A stretch of DNA of 64,000 bases from Alphaproteobacteria bacterium (GTDB lineage: Bacteria; Pseudomonadota; Alphaproteobacteria; Rs-D84). Location: the NCBI GenBank assembly GCA_024402765.1, contig JAKSTC010000001.1, forward strand, positions 133,785 through 197,784, read 5' to 3'. The notes below the pieces were generated by a model. That model did no database searches. It was not told the DNA's origin and saw only the letters and a list, made by a program, of their open reading frames with translations. Both the position numbers and the translations under genes were made by a program. Every line of letters starts with the position of its first letter. Position 1 is the first letter of the stretch. Below are positions 19,150 through 29,703 of the stretch, in pieces.

Positions 19150-20925
19150 ATGAATTTACTGGATACGCAGTTTTTGTGTTTAGATATTGGAACAAGTTGT
19201 GTTCGTGGCATTGCACATCGTATTCAAAGTGGCAATATTACAAATTCTGCAACAGCTATCTGCGAAAGTCTTGACACAATCTTTGCAATTAAAACTGTGG
19301 TTAATGAACTGGAACATACACTTGGACGGCATTTTGACAATGCATATATAACAGGAAATTTTGGCCAATCAGAATTTAATATCTATCAAAAACACACTAA
19401 ATGGAATGGCGAACACAAAATTTCTGTTCCAGACATCCATGCCCAATTATCACAAATCAATATCCCAGATGGTTTTTATCCGATGCATATAATTCCATTG
19501 GTTTATAACACGCCCAGGGCACGTGATATAAAATCACCAATCGGACATACTGATTATGAATTAATATCTGCATTTGGTGCAATTATGTATGACCAGACGC
19601 GCAAGGATGAAATCTTGGCAACATTACATCGTTGTCATATCCAGGCCATATCTTTTTTTGACCCGCATTTTGTTCAAAATTCCATATTAAACAAGGACAA
19701 GAAAACGACACTGTTTCTGGATATGGGTGCCCAATTCACAACAGCATCAATTTGGACAAATCGTGGTTGTGTTTGGCATATAAAAATCAAGGAAGCAATG
19801 TCTGATATAACCTCGGAAATCGCTCAAAATTTAAACATAGATTTTGAAGAAGCAGAAAGGATTAAACGCAATGTCGCAAATTTAATTTCCCAGGAAAACG
19901 ATCATTTTACCCCCGCAGATAGTGCATATGATTTTTCCAGGTCAGATGTAAACGATATTCTAATTCCAATGGTTGTTAATATAATTGGTCGCATCAAAGA
20001 ATTGTCTATTGGGGCGATTGAAAAATATAAACCAACTCAAATTATACTTACTGGTGGTGGTTCAGAAATCGAAGGCACACTTGATTTTTTTGAAAATGCT
20101 TTTGGACTGCCCGGTCAAAATTTACACCCAGATGCAACCATCAATTCTTTAAGTAATTATATTTGGAAAGCCGAAGAAGATCATTGTAAAATTTTTGACA
20201 TGCGTCAAAAAAGATTAAAATCTATTAGTGCAAAAATAACTAAATTATTTTCCAGAAAACCAAAAAAACAAAAACAAAAATTTATTCCGATTTTACCTAG
20301 CACACTATGTTTCAATATGCAACGCCCAGAAACATATAACCTATTTAACACTAATGGTATATCAATGATACATGTTGATATTATGGATGGATTATATGTT
20401 AATAAAATAGCAGGCAGCATCGCCGAATTAAAAACAATTCGTTCACATACGCGTGCGCATTTACATGTTCATTTGATGACAGAATCACCATCTATTTGGG
20501 CCAAAGATGTTATTAATGCTGGTGCTGATACTGTTATAATTTCAACAAATACATCGGGTGTAAAAAATGCATTGCGTGAAATAAAGGCATCTGGACACCG
20601 TTGTGGAATCGCATTAAATCCAGAATCAGATGTCAGTATTTTAAAACCTATTTTACGCGACATAGATGAAGTTATGGTAATGGCGGTAAAACCAGGTGCC
20701 GCTGGCCAGCAATTTAATCCTGATGTTTTAAGGAAAATAAGTGTACTAGCAGCCACACGCAAAAAATACGGATTAAAATTTTTAATTTCTGTTGATGGTG
20801 GTATTAATGACAAAACAGCCCAGATGTGCTGGCATGCCGGTGCTGATTTACTGGTCAGCGGTTCTTATCTTGCTCGCTCTAATGATTTTTCTGATGCAAT
20901 TCAGAGTATGTTAAAGAAATCATAA
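19150..20925 (+). CDS. FtsA-like actin-fold cell division protein fused in-frame to ribulose-phosphate 3-epimerase
   Basis: Residues 1-~370 are FtsA-like (LDIGTSCVRG, ILTGGGSEIEG, C-terminal amphipathic LKSISAKITKLFSRK). From about residue 378 there is a full Rpe domain (ILPSTL, HVDIMDG, HVHLM, MAVKPG..GQQF, VDGGI). No stop codon lies between the two parts. Confidence 0.75.
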   Translation: MNLLDTQFLCLDIGTSCVRGIAHRIQSGNITNSATAICESLDTIFAIKTVVNELEHTLGRHFDNAYITGNFGQSEFNIYQKHTKWNGEHKISVPDIHAQLSQINIPDGFYPMHIIPLVYNTPRARDIKSPIGHTDYELISAFGAIMYDQTRKDEILATLHRCHIQAISFFDPHFVQNSILNKDKKTTLFLDMGAQFTTASIWTNRGCVWHIKIKEAMSDITSEIAQNLNIDFEEAERIKRNVANLISQENDHFTPADSAYDFSRSDVNDILIPMVVNIIGRIKELSIGAIEKYKPTQIILTGGGSEIEGTLDFFENAFGLPGQNLHPDATINSLSNYIWKAEEDHCKIFDMRQKRLKSISAKITKLFSRKPKKQKQKFIPILPSTLCFNMQRPETYNLFNTNGISMIHVDIMDGLYVNKIAGSIAELKTIRSHTRAHLHVHLMTESPSIWAKDVINAGADTVIISTNTSGVKNALREIKASGHRCGIALNPESDVSILKPILRDIDEVMVMAVKPGAAGQQFNPDVLRKISVLAATRKKYGLKFLISVDGGINDKTAQMCWHAGADLLVSGSYLARSNDFSDAIQSMLKKS

Positions 20926-20927
20926 AA

Positions 20928-21326
20928 TTATTTTATAACAATTTTTCGACCATCACCATATTCAGATAAATATATATGTATTGTATTTTGTGGTAAAATA
21001 TCAGATGCAATATCAGGCCATTCAATCAAAGTAATATCATTATCAATCGCGTACGGTAAACCAATCTCAACCAATTCAGATGCATCTGCAACACGATATA
21101 AATCAAAATGTGAAATACCATCGTAATTTTGCACAATTGTAAATGTTGGACTGGGAACAATGGTATCTTTACCACGCAGTGTGCGAATTATTTGACGCGC
21201 GATTTCAGACTTTCCCATACCCAAATCACCATGTAAAGCGACCGTTACAGGCGCATGCAGCGTTTTTGCAAATTCTGTTGCCCACGCACGTGTCGCATCT
21301 ATATTTGGTAATATTATCTCTGACAT
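20928..21326 (-). CDS. tsaE: tRNA t6A37 biosynthesis protein TsaE (YjeE ATPase)
   Basis: LHGDLGMGKSEIAR P-loop, SPTFTIVQNY, HFDLYR. Confidence 0.8.
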   Translation of the reverse strand: MSEIILPNIDATRAWATEFAKTLHAPVTVALHGDLGMGKSEIARQIIRTLRGKDTIVPSPTFTIVQNYDGISHFDLYRVADASELVEIGLPYAIDNDITLIEWPDIASDILPQNTIHIYLSEYGDGRKIVIK

Positions 21327-21556
21327 AATAACTTAGCGCCCTTTATATAATTTATTGCGTATGTTGGAGTCATTATATGTTTATTTTCTTGTATTTGTTT
21401 CAATGCAAGTTGTGCTTTATTTTCTGTGTCATATGCACATCTTACACGAACCGCACCACCATCTATAATTTGTATAAAATCTATTGCCCAATAATCTTTC
21501 CATAACTGGGAATGATATATATAGTTTCCAACTTCTATAATATTTTTAAACAACAT
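21314..21556 (-). CDS. Small hypothetical protein (paralog of 21558-21806)
   Basis: 80 aa. Shares R.xY.T.N.A.LALK pattern and length with its neighbour. Confidence 0.35.
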   Translation of the reverse strand: MLFKNIIEVGNYIYHSQLWKDYWAIDFIQIIDGGAVRVRCAYDTENKAQLALKQIQENKHIMTPTYAINYIKGAKLLCQR

Positions 21557-21557
21557 A

Positions 21558-21806
21558 TTATTTTACCTTTGTATTACCAACTATGTAAACCTTTTGTGGC
21601 AAATCAGAATGTGGCATTAATTTACTGTCGCGTTTTTTTAATGCTTCAACCGCCTTTAATGCCAAATTTTTTGTTCTATATTGATAACGAACCAATAATG
21701 TAAACACTCCGCGTTCAACCAAAATATCCGCGCCAAATGCTTCTTTTTTCAAATTTTCAGGAATATAAATTCCTTCAACTGCTGTAATTTCTCTAAAATC
21801 AACCAT
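21558..21806 (-). CDS. Small hypothetical protein (paralog of 21314-21556)
   Basis: 82 aa, with VRYQYRTKNLALKAVEALKK versus VRCAYDTENKAQLALKQIQE in the neighbour. Confidence 0.35.
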   Translation of the reverse strand: MVDFREITAVEGIYIPENLKKEAFGADILVERGVFTLLVRYQYRTKNLALKAVEALKKRDSKLMPHSDLPQKVYIVGNTKVK

Positions 21807-21817
21807 CGTTTTTACCT

Positions 21818-23809
21818 TTATTCCAATATTAATAAATCATCTTCTAGTTTGTGTATTGTGTCGCGTATTGCGGCCGCTTCTTCAAACTCAAGATTTTCTG
21901 CCGCCTTTCTCATTTTAACCGTTAGCGACTTAATCTCTTTACGAATCGATTCGGCATCCATGACACCATCTTTATTATACACAAATTTGCGTTTGTTATC
22001 AGTTTTTTTACCGACAACCTCACTAAACACAGCCTTGGTAATAGTTTGCGGAACAATACCATGTTCATTATTATATGCCATTTGTTTTTCGCGTCTGCGT
22101 GCTGTTTCGTCCAGCGCAATTTTCATAGATTCAGTAATACTGTCAGCATATAAAATTACACGACCATTTGCATTACGTGCCGCGCGCCCAATTGTCTGAA
22201 TCAAACTTCGCGCAGAACGCAGAAAGCCTTCTTTATCTGCATCCATAATTGCAACCAATTCGCATTCTGGGACATCTAAACCTTCACGCAATAAATTAAT
22301 ACCAACCAAAACATCATACACACCTGTGCGTAAATCACGCAACAATTCAATTCGTTCCAGTGTATCAATATCGCTGTGCATATAGCGTGCACGGATGCCA
22401 TTTTCGGTTAAGTAGTCTGTTAATTGTTCTGCCATTTTTTTGGTAAGTGTGGTAACCAGCACCCTGCCCTTTACCTGTTTTAATTCATCCAGCAAATCAT
22501 CAACCTGGTGTGCAATTGGACGAACATCACAAACCGGATCTAATAAACCCGTTGGTCTAATAACCTGTTCGGATACAATTCCACCCGATTGTTCCAATTC
22601 CCAATTTGCAGGTGTTGCAGAAACAAAAATACTTTGCGGACGCAACTTATCCCATTCATCAAAAGTGAGCGGTCTGTTATCAACACACGATGGCAACCTG
22701 AAACCATATTGCGCAAGCGTTTCCTTGCGCGCCCTATCCCCACGCGCCATTGCACCAATCTGTGGCACCGTAACATGGCTTTCATCAACGAATAAAAGTG
22801 CATCTTTTGGCAGGTATTCAAACAGAGTCGGTGGTGGCTCACCCGGGGCCCGTCCTGTTAAATACCGTGAATAATTTTCAATACCGCGACAGGTTCCTGT
22901 TGCCTCCATCATTTCTATATCAAAATTAACCCGTTCTCTCAGGCGCTGTTCTTCGATATATTTCATATTATCATGAAAATATTTTAACCGTTCGTCTAAA
23001 TCGATTCTAATTTGTTCTATTGCCTGTAACACCGACGGCATAGGCGTTGCGTAATGTGAATTAGGGTATATAACGATTCTATCTAATTTTTGTAATTTTG
23101 CGCCGGTTAGTGTATCAAATTCCCAAATATCTTCAACTTCGTCACCAAAGAAAGACATTTTCCACGCCCTGTCTGCCATATGTGACGGGAACACATCCAA
23201 CACATCACCACGCACACGAAAATCACCACGCACTGATGCCACATCATTGCGTTTATATTGAATATCAACCAGATAATGCATAACATCAGCCATTGATATT
23301 TTATCACCTGTTTTGATAGAAAAACGCATATTTGAATATTCTTCGGGTGAACCCATACCATAAATAGAAGATACCGACGAAACAACAATAACATCACGTT
23401 CTTCCAGCATTGCACGCGTTGCACTATGGCGCATACGGTCCAGTTGTTCATTTATGGATGCATCTTTATCAATATATGTATCTGTGGTTGGGACATACGC
23501 TTCGGGCTGATAATAATCATAATACGACACAAAATATTCGACATGGTTTTCTGGGAAAAAAGATTTCATTTCCGTATATAACTGTGCCGCCAAGATTTTA
23601 TTTGGTGCCATTATAAGTGCCGGTCGCGACAATTTGGCGATAACATTTGCCATTGTAAAAGTTTTTCCCGATCCCGTAACTCCTAATAAAACCTGAGATT
23701 TTTTGCCACAACTTACCCCATCAACCAATTCTGCAATTGCTGTTGGCTGGTCCCCCATTGGGGCATAAGGACTTTGAAGATTAAATATACTTTTTTTGTT
23801 CACAAACAT
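21818..23809 (-). CDS. uvrB: Excinuclease ABC subunit B
   Basis: [12 protein letters not shown] Walker A, DESHVT, helicase motifs, C-terminal UVR domain ([10 protein letters not shown]). Confidence 0.95.
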   Translation of the reverse strand: MFVNKKSIFNLQSPYAPMGDQPTAIAELVDGVSCGKKSQVLLGVTGSGKTFTMANVIAKLSRPALIMAPNKILAAQLYTEMKSFFPENHVEYFVSYYDYYQPEAYVPTTDTYIDKDASINEQLDRMRHSATRAMLEERDVIVVSSVSSIYGMGSPEEYSNMRFSIKTGDKISMADVMHYLVDIQYKRNDVASVRGDFRVRGDVLDVFPSHMADRAWKMSFFGDEVEDIWEFDTLTGAKLQKLDRIVIYPNSHYATPMPSVLQAIEQIRIDLDERLKYFHDNMKYIEEQRLRERVNFDIEMMEATGTCRGIENYSRYLTGRAPGEPPPTLFEYLPKDALLFVDESHVTVPQIGAMARGDRARKETLAQYGFRLPSCVDNRPLTFDEWDKLRPQSIFVSATPANWELEQSGGIVSEQVIRPTGLLDPVCDVRPIAHQVDDLLDELKQVKGRVLVTTLTKKMAEQLTDYLTENGIRARYMHSDIDTLERIELLRDLRTGVYDVLVGINLLREGLDVPECELVAIMDADKEGFLRSARSLIQTIGRAARNANGRVILYADSITESMKIALDETARRREKQMAYNNEHGIVPQTITKAVFSEVVGKKTDNKRKFVYNKDGVMDAESIRKEIKSLTVKMRKAAENLEFEEAAAIRDTIHKLEDDLLILE

Positions 23810-23849
23810 TAATATAATATTTTATAATAAAAAAACAAGGGAGGAGAAA

Positions 23850-26324
23850 ATGCGTGTAAAGCCACGACACAAAAGACGTATTTTATGGACATCTATATCA
23901 TTATGTGGCGCCATATTGGCGGCATACATCATTGTTCCGCCCATAATTAACCTGAATCGACTAAAGCCACGCATAGAAAACACCATTTCTGAACAAACTG
24001 GAACAAGTGTAAAAATCAATGGTGATGTCAATATTAGTTTACTTGGCCATGCCACAATTGTTGCACATGATATTGATATTGGTTTTGGCAATATATCAAA
24101 TATGATATTCTCTATTCCGTTACATTATTTGTTTAATCTGGATAACGCACCATTAAATAATGATATTGATATATACGGTGGTAATTTTAACATAGATTCC
24201 GTTGAACCGTTTTTGTTTAAGTACAATATAACGGTAAATAATAGTAATGTTCAATTTTTAAACAAAACCTATAACATATCACGTGCGGTTATTTCAAACG
24301 GTGATTTTACTGGGACGGTCAGAACCAATCAGCATAAATATGATATTGTTGTATCAGATGGTAATTTTATTGTAAAAAACAATAACAACAACTTGGACAT
24401 ATACGGCCATCTATTTCCTGACGGCACCGCAAATGGCCACCTGTACATAGAAACGGACAACGTGAATAAATGGTTTGAATTTAGCGAACCACAAATACAA
24501 TCACATATTATCACATCTTTGGATTTTAATTGGGATGGCAAATACGGATTTGAATTTACAAACATTCATGCAAATGACATAACCGGAAAAATTGTTCTAT
24601 ACCCTGATGGCAGCCGCAGTGTAACACTACGTTCTAATAACCTTAATTACGATATGTCGTTTTTAATGAACCAAAATAATTTATTTTACGAAACTGATTT
24701 TGATTTAGATTTTTACGGCAATATAAAAATAGGGAAACATACGTTTAAACATTTATTGGTTAAGGGTAATGGCGGAACAAACACAATAAACATAAATAAT
24801 ATTATTGCTGATAACATTCATTTGTCTGGTGGAACTATAACTAATAATGGCGCAGAAAATGTAAATCTTGTAATATCTAAAAACGATTACGACACATCAT
24901 GTTTGTTTTCTGGGACACCACAAAACTGGGGTTGTAACAAATTTACATACAGGGACATATCTGGTGTTCTAACGGTAAAAAACGATTATTTTACTGCGGA
25001 AATTTCATCATCTGAAAATATGCCACCAATTGAATCTTTAAAAAAAGCCTTCAAGTCCTTAGGGAACAATGGCATAATACATTTTTCTTTTTCTGACCGT
25101 TCTGGTATAATACAAATAAACAAAAACAACATCAATACGACATACACATTTGCTAAAGATGTATCTTTGACCGACATTGGTATAAATATTGATTTTTTGC
25201 CAGAATTTATGAAATATGGTAAAGGAAATTTTACATCAGAAAATGGTGCAATTACATTTATTCCACAAACCCAAGATTGGTCCATAAAAATAGACAATCA
25301 CGCCTTTTATATTACTGGTAATAATTTTAAACAATGGCTGCCAAATATTAATTTAGATTTTATAAAAAACATGCCTTACACCGCATCTGGTAAATTTAAT
25401 AAAGACAACATCGCAGATTTATATATATTAATAAATGAACATGTGTTTAATGGTTCTGCCACACGCGCTGCAATTACACTAACAACAGAAAATCTAGACC
25501 TCGATAAATTTATAAATGATGAATTTATAGAAAATTTCCAAGAATTATCTTTTACTCATCAGCACCCAATCGCGACGTTATTTGATATTCCCATAGAAAT
25601 ATCATTATCTGCGAATAAATTTATATATGATGGCATAGAATATAATAATTTTATCTACGCCACAAAACCAAACATGCAAACAATATCTATTTCTGATAAT
25701 GCACGCGGTAATTTGTTAAGTATAATAAACAAAGACAAAAACGAATATGCAATTACCGCACAAATTAACAAATTTTTACTCGACAGTGGTTTATTAACAT
25801 ACGATATGCCATTAAATGTTTATAACTCAACCGTTACTGGTGATATAATATTAAAAACGAATGGTAAAATTGCAGATGATATTTATTACAATATGAAAGG
25901 CAACATTAATCTAACATTCGAAGGCGGTGAATTAATCGGTTTTTCATTTGATGATTTATATGCTTCAACTAACAGTTTAACCAGTACCAATGCAGAATTT
26001 GCAATTTCAAATATTTTATCAGGTGGGTTATGTAACCTAAAAAAATTGCATATTATTGGATCATACAAGGACGGTATCTTTAAAACAACAACCCCTCTTA
26101 CACTAACAACACGTCACACAGAAACAACAGGTATATTAACAATAGCAGACAATCAAATTAATGGAATATTTAACATTATTCTGCGCGGAACATCGCCCAA
26201 TCCGACACCGATACAATTAACATTAAATCCTGATGGATCACGTAATTATTCACTATCTGAAATTATGATGAATTTTGATACTGGGTTTATGCAAACATTT
26301 ATTCAAACACATAACCAGTTCTAA
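23850..26324 (+). CDS. AsmA-family outer-membrane biogenesis protein-like
   Basis: Basic N-terminus plus a single TM (ILWTSISLCGAILAAYIIV), then a long Asn-rich beta-rich body. Start moved to the ATG at 23850, behind the RBS gggaggag. Confidence 0.4.
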   Translation: MRVKPRHKRRILWTSISLCGAILAAYIIVPPIINLNRLKPRIENTISEQTGTSVKINGDVNISLLGHATIVAHDIDIGFGNISNMIFSIPLHYLFNLDNAPLNNDIDIYGGNFNIDSVEPFLFKYNITVNNSNVQFLNKTYNISRAVISNGDFTGTVRTNQHKYDIVVSDGNFIVKNNNNNLDIYGHLFPDGTANGHLYIETDNVNKWFEFSEPQIQSHIITSLDFNWDGKYGFEFTNIHANDITGKIVLYPDGSRSVTLRSNNLNYDMSFLMNQNNLFYETDFDLDFYGNIKIGKHTFKHLLVKGNGGTNTININNIIADNIHLSGGTITNNGAENVNLVISKNDYDTSCLFSGTPQNWGCNKFTYRDISGVLTVKNDYFTAEISSSENMPPIESLKKAFKSLGNNGIIHFSFSDRSGIIQINKNNINTTYTFAKDVSLTDIGINIDFLPEFMKYGKGNFTSENGAITFIPQTQDWSIKIDNHAFYITGNNFKQWLPNINLDFIKNMPYTASGKFNKDNIADLYILINEHVFNGSATRAAITLTTENLDLDKFINDEFIENFQELSFTHQHPIATLFDIPIEISLSANKFIYDGIEYNNFIYATKPNMQTISISDNARGNLLSIINKDKNEYAITAQINKFLLDSGLLTYDMPLNVYNSTVTGDIILKTNGKIADDIYYNMKGNINLTFEGGELIGFSFDDLYASTNSLTSTNAEFAISNILSGGLCNLKKLHIIGSYKDGIFKTTTPLTLTTRHTETTGILTIADNQINGIFNIILRGTSPNPTPIQLTLNPDGSRNYSLSEIMMNFDTGFMQTFIQTHNQF

Positions 26325-26328
26325 AAAA

Positions 26329-26350
26329 ACGACCCACTTAAATGGGTCGT
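26329..26350. terminator. Bidirectional hairpin between the AsmA-like gene and aspS
   Basis: ACGACCCA-cttaaa-TGGGTCGT flanked by A-run and T-rich sequence. Confidence 0.65.
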
Positions 26351-26354
26351 CTTC

Positions 26355-28124
26355 TTATCCTTTCTTGCGGATTTGTATATGTGTTTCACGCAACTGTTTT
26401 TCGGTAATTTCTGTTGGTGCCCCCATCATCAAATCCTGACCGCGTTGGTTTGTTGGAAACAACACAACCCCGCGCAAATTTGGTTCCCCCCGCATAATTT
26501 GGACAAGTCTATCCAAACCAAACGCACACCCACCGTGCGGTGGTGCACCATATTGGAACGCGTTATACATACCACCAAACTTTTCCTTAACGGTTTCTTC
26601 ATTGTAGCCCGTAATATCGAAACATTTAATCATTATTTCAGGGTTATAATTACGCAAACCACCACTACAGATTTCATTACCATTTAATACCATATCAAAC
26701 TGTGCCGCCTTAATCGACAACGGATCTTTGGTATTTAATTCTTCCAATGTTGCCATAGGGAACGAAAACGGATTATGCGTAAATGCGATTCCTGTTGGTG
26801 ATTCTGGGTCGGCTTCAAAGAATGGGAATTCTTCAATCCAACACAACTTAAATTCTTTTTCATCAATCAAGCCTAAATCTTCACCTAACTTAATACGTAA
26901 TTTACCTGCGGCTTTGGCTGCTTTTTCAACATCGTCACAAATAAAGAACAACGAAGAATTGCCCCCTGCGATTTCATGCAATTTTGCGATTCTTGCCTCA
27001 TCTAACTTTTTTGCAACCGGTCCTTTTGCTTCATCTGCAAAAACGATATATCCCAATCCGCCCAGTTCCAATTCTTTGACGGCATATTCGCCCAACTTAT
27101 CAAACCAAGAACGTGGTTTATCAGATGAATTTGGTGCAGGAATTGCACGAACAACCGCCCCATTTTCAATTGAATTTGCAAAGATTCCAAAATCAGAACC
27201 ACGGAAAATTTCTGTAACATCAGAAATAATAATTGGATTACGTAAATCTGGTTTATCCGTTCCATATTTCAACATAGCATCATCAAATGCAATATGTGGA
27301 ATATCCGAACAAATCTTTGCATCAGGGACAAATTCACGAATCATCTCTGGAATCAAAGTATTACCAATCGCCTGAATATCTGGCAAATCAACAAAAGACA
27401 TTTCCATATCTAACTGATAAAATTCTATCAATCTATCTGCACGCAAATCTTCATCGCGAAAACAAGGTGCAATTTGGAAATATCTATCAAACCCAGAAAT
27501 TTGAATCAACTGTTTAAATTGTTGTGGTGCCTGGGGCAATGCATAAAACATTCCATGATGAATACGCGATGGAACGATAAAATCACGTGCACCTTCGGGA
27601 CTCGATGCTGTCAAAATTGGGGTTTGAAATTCAGAAAATCCATATTCCCACATTTTATCACGAATAAATTTCATAACACGGTTACGAAACAAAATATTTT
27701 GATGCAACGATTCACGACGCAAATCAATATAGCGATATTTTAAACGCAAATCTTCGGCAACCGTGCCATCATCACCAAACACTTGGAATGGCAATACATC
27801 TGCATTGGTAAGTATTTCCCACGATTTTGCCTGCACTTCTATGGCACCTGTTGTTATTTTATCATTAACCGCGTCCGCATCACGTGCAACAACCGTACCT
27901 GTAATTTTAATCACAGATTCAGGACGAATTTTTTCAAGATTTTCATCCCCACCATCAAACACACACTGTGTAATACCATAGTTATCGCGTAAGTCCACAA
28001 ACAATAATGCACCATGGTCGCGTTTACGATGAACCCAACCGGACAAAACAACCGTTTCACCAACGTTTTTTTCTGTCAATTCACCACAAGTATTTGTTCT
28101 ATACTTTGATTTTAACGATATCAT
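26355..28124 (-). CDS. aspS: Aspartate--tRNA ligase
   Basis: Class IIb motifs (FRDEDLRADR, GGLRNY, PPHGGCAFGLDR). Start set at MISLKSKYRTNTCGEL, since the tracked ORF has an implausible 35-aa extension. Confidence 0.93.
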   Translation of the reverse strand: MISLKSKYRTNTCGELTEKNVGETVVLSGWVHRKRDHGALLFVDLRDNYGITQCVFDGGDENLEKIRPESVIKITGTVVARDADAVNDKITTGAIEVQAKSWEILTNADVLPFQVFGDDGTVAEDLRLKYRYIDLRRESLHQNILFRNRVMKFIRDKMWEYGFSEFQTPILTASSPEGARDFIVPSRIHHGMFYALPQAPQQFKQLIQISGFDRYFQIAPCFRDEDLRADRLIEFYQLDMEMSFVDLPDIQAIGNTLIPEMIREFVPDAKICSDIPHIAFDDAMLKYGTDKPDLRNPIIISDVTEIFRGSDFGIFANSIENGAVVRAIPAPNSSDKPRSWFDKLGEYAVKELELGGLGYIVFADEAKGPVAKKLDEARIAKLHEIAGGNSSLFFICDDVEKAAKAAGKLRIKLGEDLGLIDEKEFKLCWIEEFPFFEADPESPTGIAFTHNPFSFPMATLEELNTKDPLSIKAAQFDMVLNGNEICSGGLRNYNPEIMIKCFDITGYNEETVKEKFGGMYNAFQYGAPPHGGCAFGLDRLVQIMRGEPNLRGVVLFPTNQRGQDLMMGAPTEITEKQLRETHIQIRKKG

Positions 28125-28387
28125 TTTTTTTAGCCTTTGTTTATTTCGGCACAGAAAAACAAGAATTTTTCGGCACCCAAAAACAATCTTAAAACACAGG
28201 GGCGCTAAGATTTTTTCGCGCGGTGCCACCCTGATTTTATACTTTTGGCTTGGACTTGAATATTCCGTGGTTGTTGATCACATCATCACATTCGCACCCA
28301 AATACAACAAAATAATAAACCCATAACTTCCAATTTGCAAGTAATATAAAAATTTGATAAAATATTTCCTCTCGAAAGGAGAATATT

Positions 28388-28675
28388 ATGAATCCTATTT
28401 TTGGTGAATTTTTTGGTTATGTCTCAGGCCTATGCACCGCCATCGCCTTTCTGCCCCAGGCAATAAAATCCATTATTACAAAAAATATATCTGGGCTATC
28501 GCGGTCTATGTATATTATATACTGTATCGGCTTGGTCTGTTGGATTTTATACGGGATATATTTACACTCTATTCAGATAATTTTCTTTAATTCTATTACA
28601 TTGGTATTTAATACGATAATTCTGTATATGATTTGCACCGCAACAAAATCAGGTAAATCAAAAAAGAAGAAATAA
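28388..28675 (+). CDS. SemiSWEET / PQ-loop small transporter
   Basis: 95 aa, three predicted TM helices, AFLPQ motif. Preceded by the RBS aaaggag. Confidence 0.6.
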   Translation: MNPIFGEFFGYVSGLCTAIAFLPQAIKSIITKNISGLSRSMYIIYCIGLVCWILYGIYLHSIQIIFFNSITLVFNTIILYMICTATKSGKSKKKK

Positions 28676-28679
28676 CAAG

Positions 28680-28700
28680 GCGCCCATTTGGGCGCTTTTT
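28680..28700 (+). terminator. Rho-independent terminator of the SemiSWEET gene, abutting the island boundary
   Basis: GCGCCC-attt-GGGCGC followed by ttttt. Confidence 0.75.
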
Positions 28701-28703
28701 ATT

Positions 28704-28712
28704 CTGGTGCCC
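28704..28712. repeat. att core copy A (left end of composite island)
   Basis: CTGGTGCCC is identical to the copies at 34672-34680 and 46244-46252. It shares a 10th base (C) with copy B. Confidence 0.65.
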
Positions 28713-28890
28713 CTAGTTCATAATAGTTGGGACAACTGGAATACATTTTATACCGAAATAATCAAAAACGCAAGAATTATCAAGGAAAGCGGTATATCTA
28801 ATGTTTTGCGTGTCGCTAACGGTGGTTTTGTGCCAAATCGCAAGAATCCTAAACCTTAACACCAGGGAAGAATAGGAATGTATATTTATA

Positions 28891-29697
28891 TTAACAAACC
28901 TTTTCGCAATTTGCAGTTTCCTCAGCATTAAACTCTGGAACACGTGCCACTTCGGCAGGTTGTTCAAAGTATGTTTTTATATGACGATAAACATCTTCCA
29001 CAAAGCCCTTGCATTGTTCTGTATTTTCTGTCTGAACCGAAAATGTATTATCATTGTTTTTTCTAATTGATGCTATTGCCACATTGCCACCAATGTAAGC
29101 AGAAGAAACTTCAATTGCGTGGTCGACAGTCCAATAAGCCAGATTAACCGCATTAGCAACATTTGGTATAGAATCTATTTGTATAATCTTTTTTATTAAA
29201 TGAATCGAGGGCATACCATTTGTAAAACCAGAGCCAATAATTGTGTACCACATACCAGAAGATTGAATTGGTGATATCATAAGCCCTGTTATCTTATACA
29301 AATAAAATTCACCACAATGATAAAAACCTATTACTGATACAAATTGAATCTGTTGTAAAAAATCATTGTGTAATTTTTGTATTAATAACCCTTTTGTATG
29401 CTCTGGAACTTTTGTTATCATTAATTCGTTGATAAAGTTATAAAAACCTTTTGTTATATCAGAAATAATAGCATCCGCTGTTCTATCTGGAACATCAAAC
29501 TGAAAATCTTCAAATTTTAAATTCAAAAAATTTAAGAAAAAACGCAAATAATTATCTGCACCAGCACAACAACAAACTATTCTGTTTTTTACTATGTGTG
29601 TTTTCAAATTATCAACACCAACTTGGTCAACAGAACACATTCCGTCAGAAGCAATCACTACACCATCTCTGCATAAAACCCCAATACCAATAGTCAT
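28891..29697 (-). CDS. Proteasome beta/HslV-like Ntn-hydrolase fold protein (candidate toxin or effector)
   Basis: N-terminus M-TIGIGVLCRDGVVIASD, with Thr directly after Met, Asp at mature position 17 and Lys near 31. GSG motif in YTIIGSGFTNG. Lies 6 nt downstream of the Panacea gene. Confidence 0.6.
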   Translation of the reverse strand: MTIGIGVLCRDGVVIASDGMCSVDQVGVDNLKTHIVKNRIVCCCAGADNYLRFFLNFLNLKFEDFQFDVPDRTADAIISDITKGFYNFINELMITKVPEHTKGLLIQKLHNDFLQQIQFVSVIGFYHCGEFYLYKITGLMISPIQSSGMWYTIIGSGFTNGMPSIHLIKKIIQIDSIPNVANAVNLAYWTVDHAIEVSSAYIGGNVAIASIRKNNDNTFSVQTENTEQCKGFVEDVYRHIKTYFEQPAEVARVPEFNAEETANCEKVC

Positions 29698-29703
29698 ATA
29701 AAA

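Noticed and set aside
23796-23849. N-terminal extensions of several tracked ORFs (for example 23796, 28229, 5268, 51519, 51735, 53053, 53730, 44555, 34837 and 30517).
   Set aside because: The extensions overlap neighbouring genes, terminators or promoters and lack an RBS. Internal ATGs with good RBS and family-typical N-termini were used instead.
28713-28967. 84-aa minus-strand ORF at the left island edge.
   Set aside because: It overlaps the 3' end of the Ntn-hydrolase-like gene. It also lies opposite the plus-strand frame that continues the integrase reading frame from att core A. No RBS or motif supports it.
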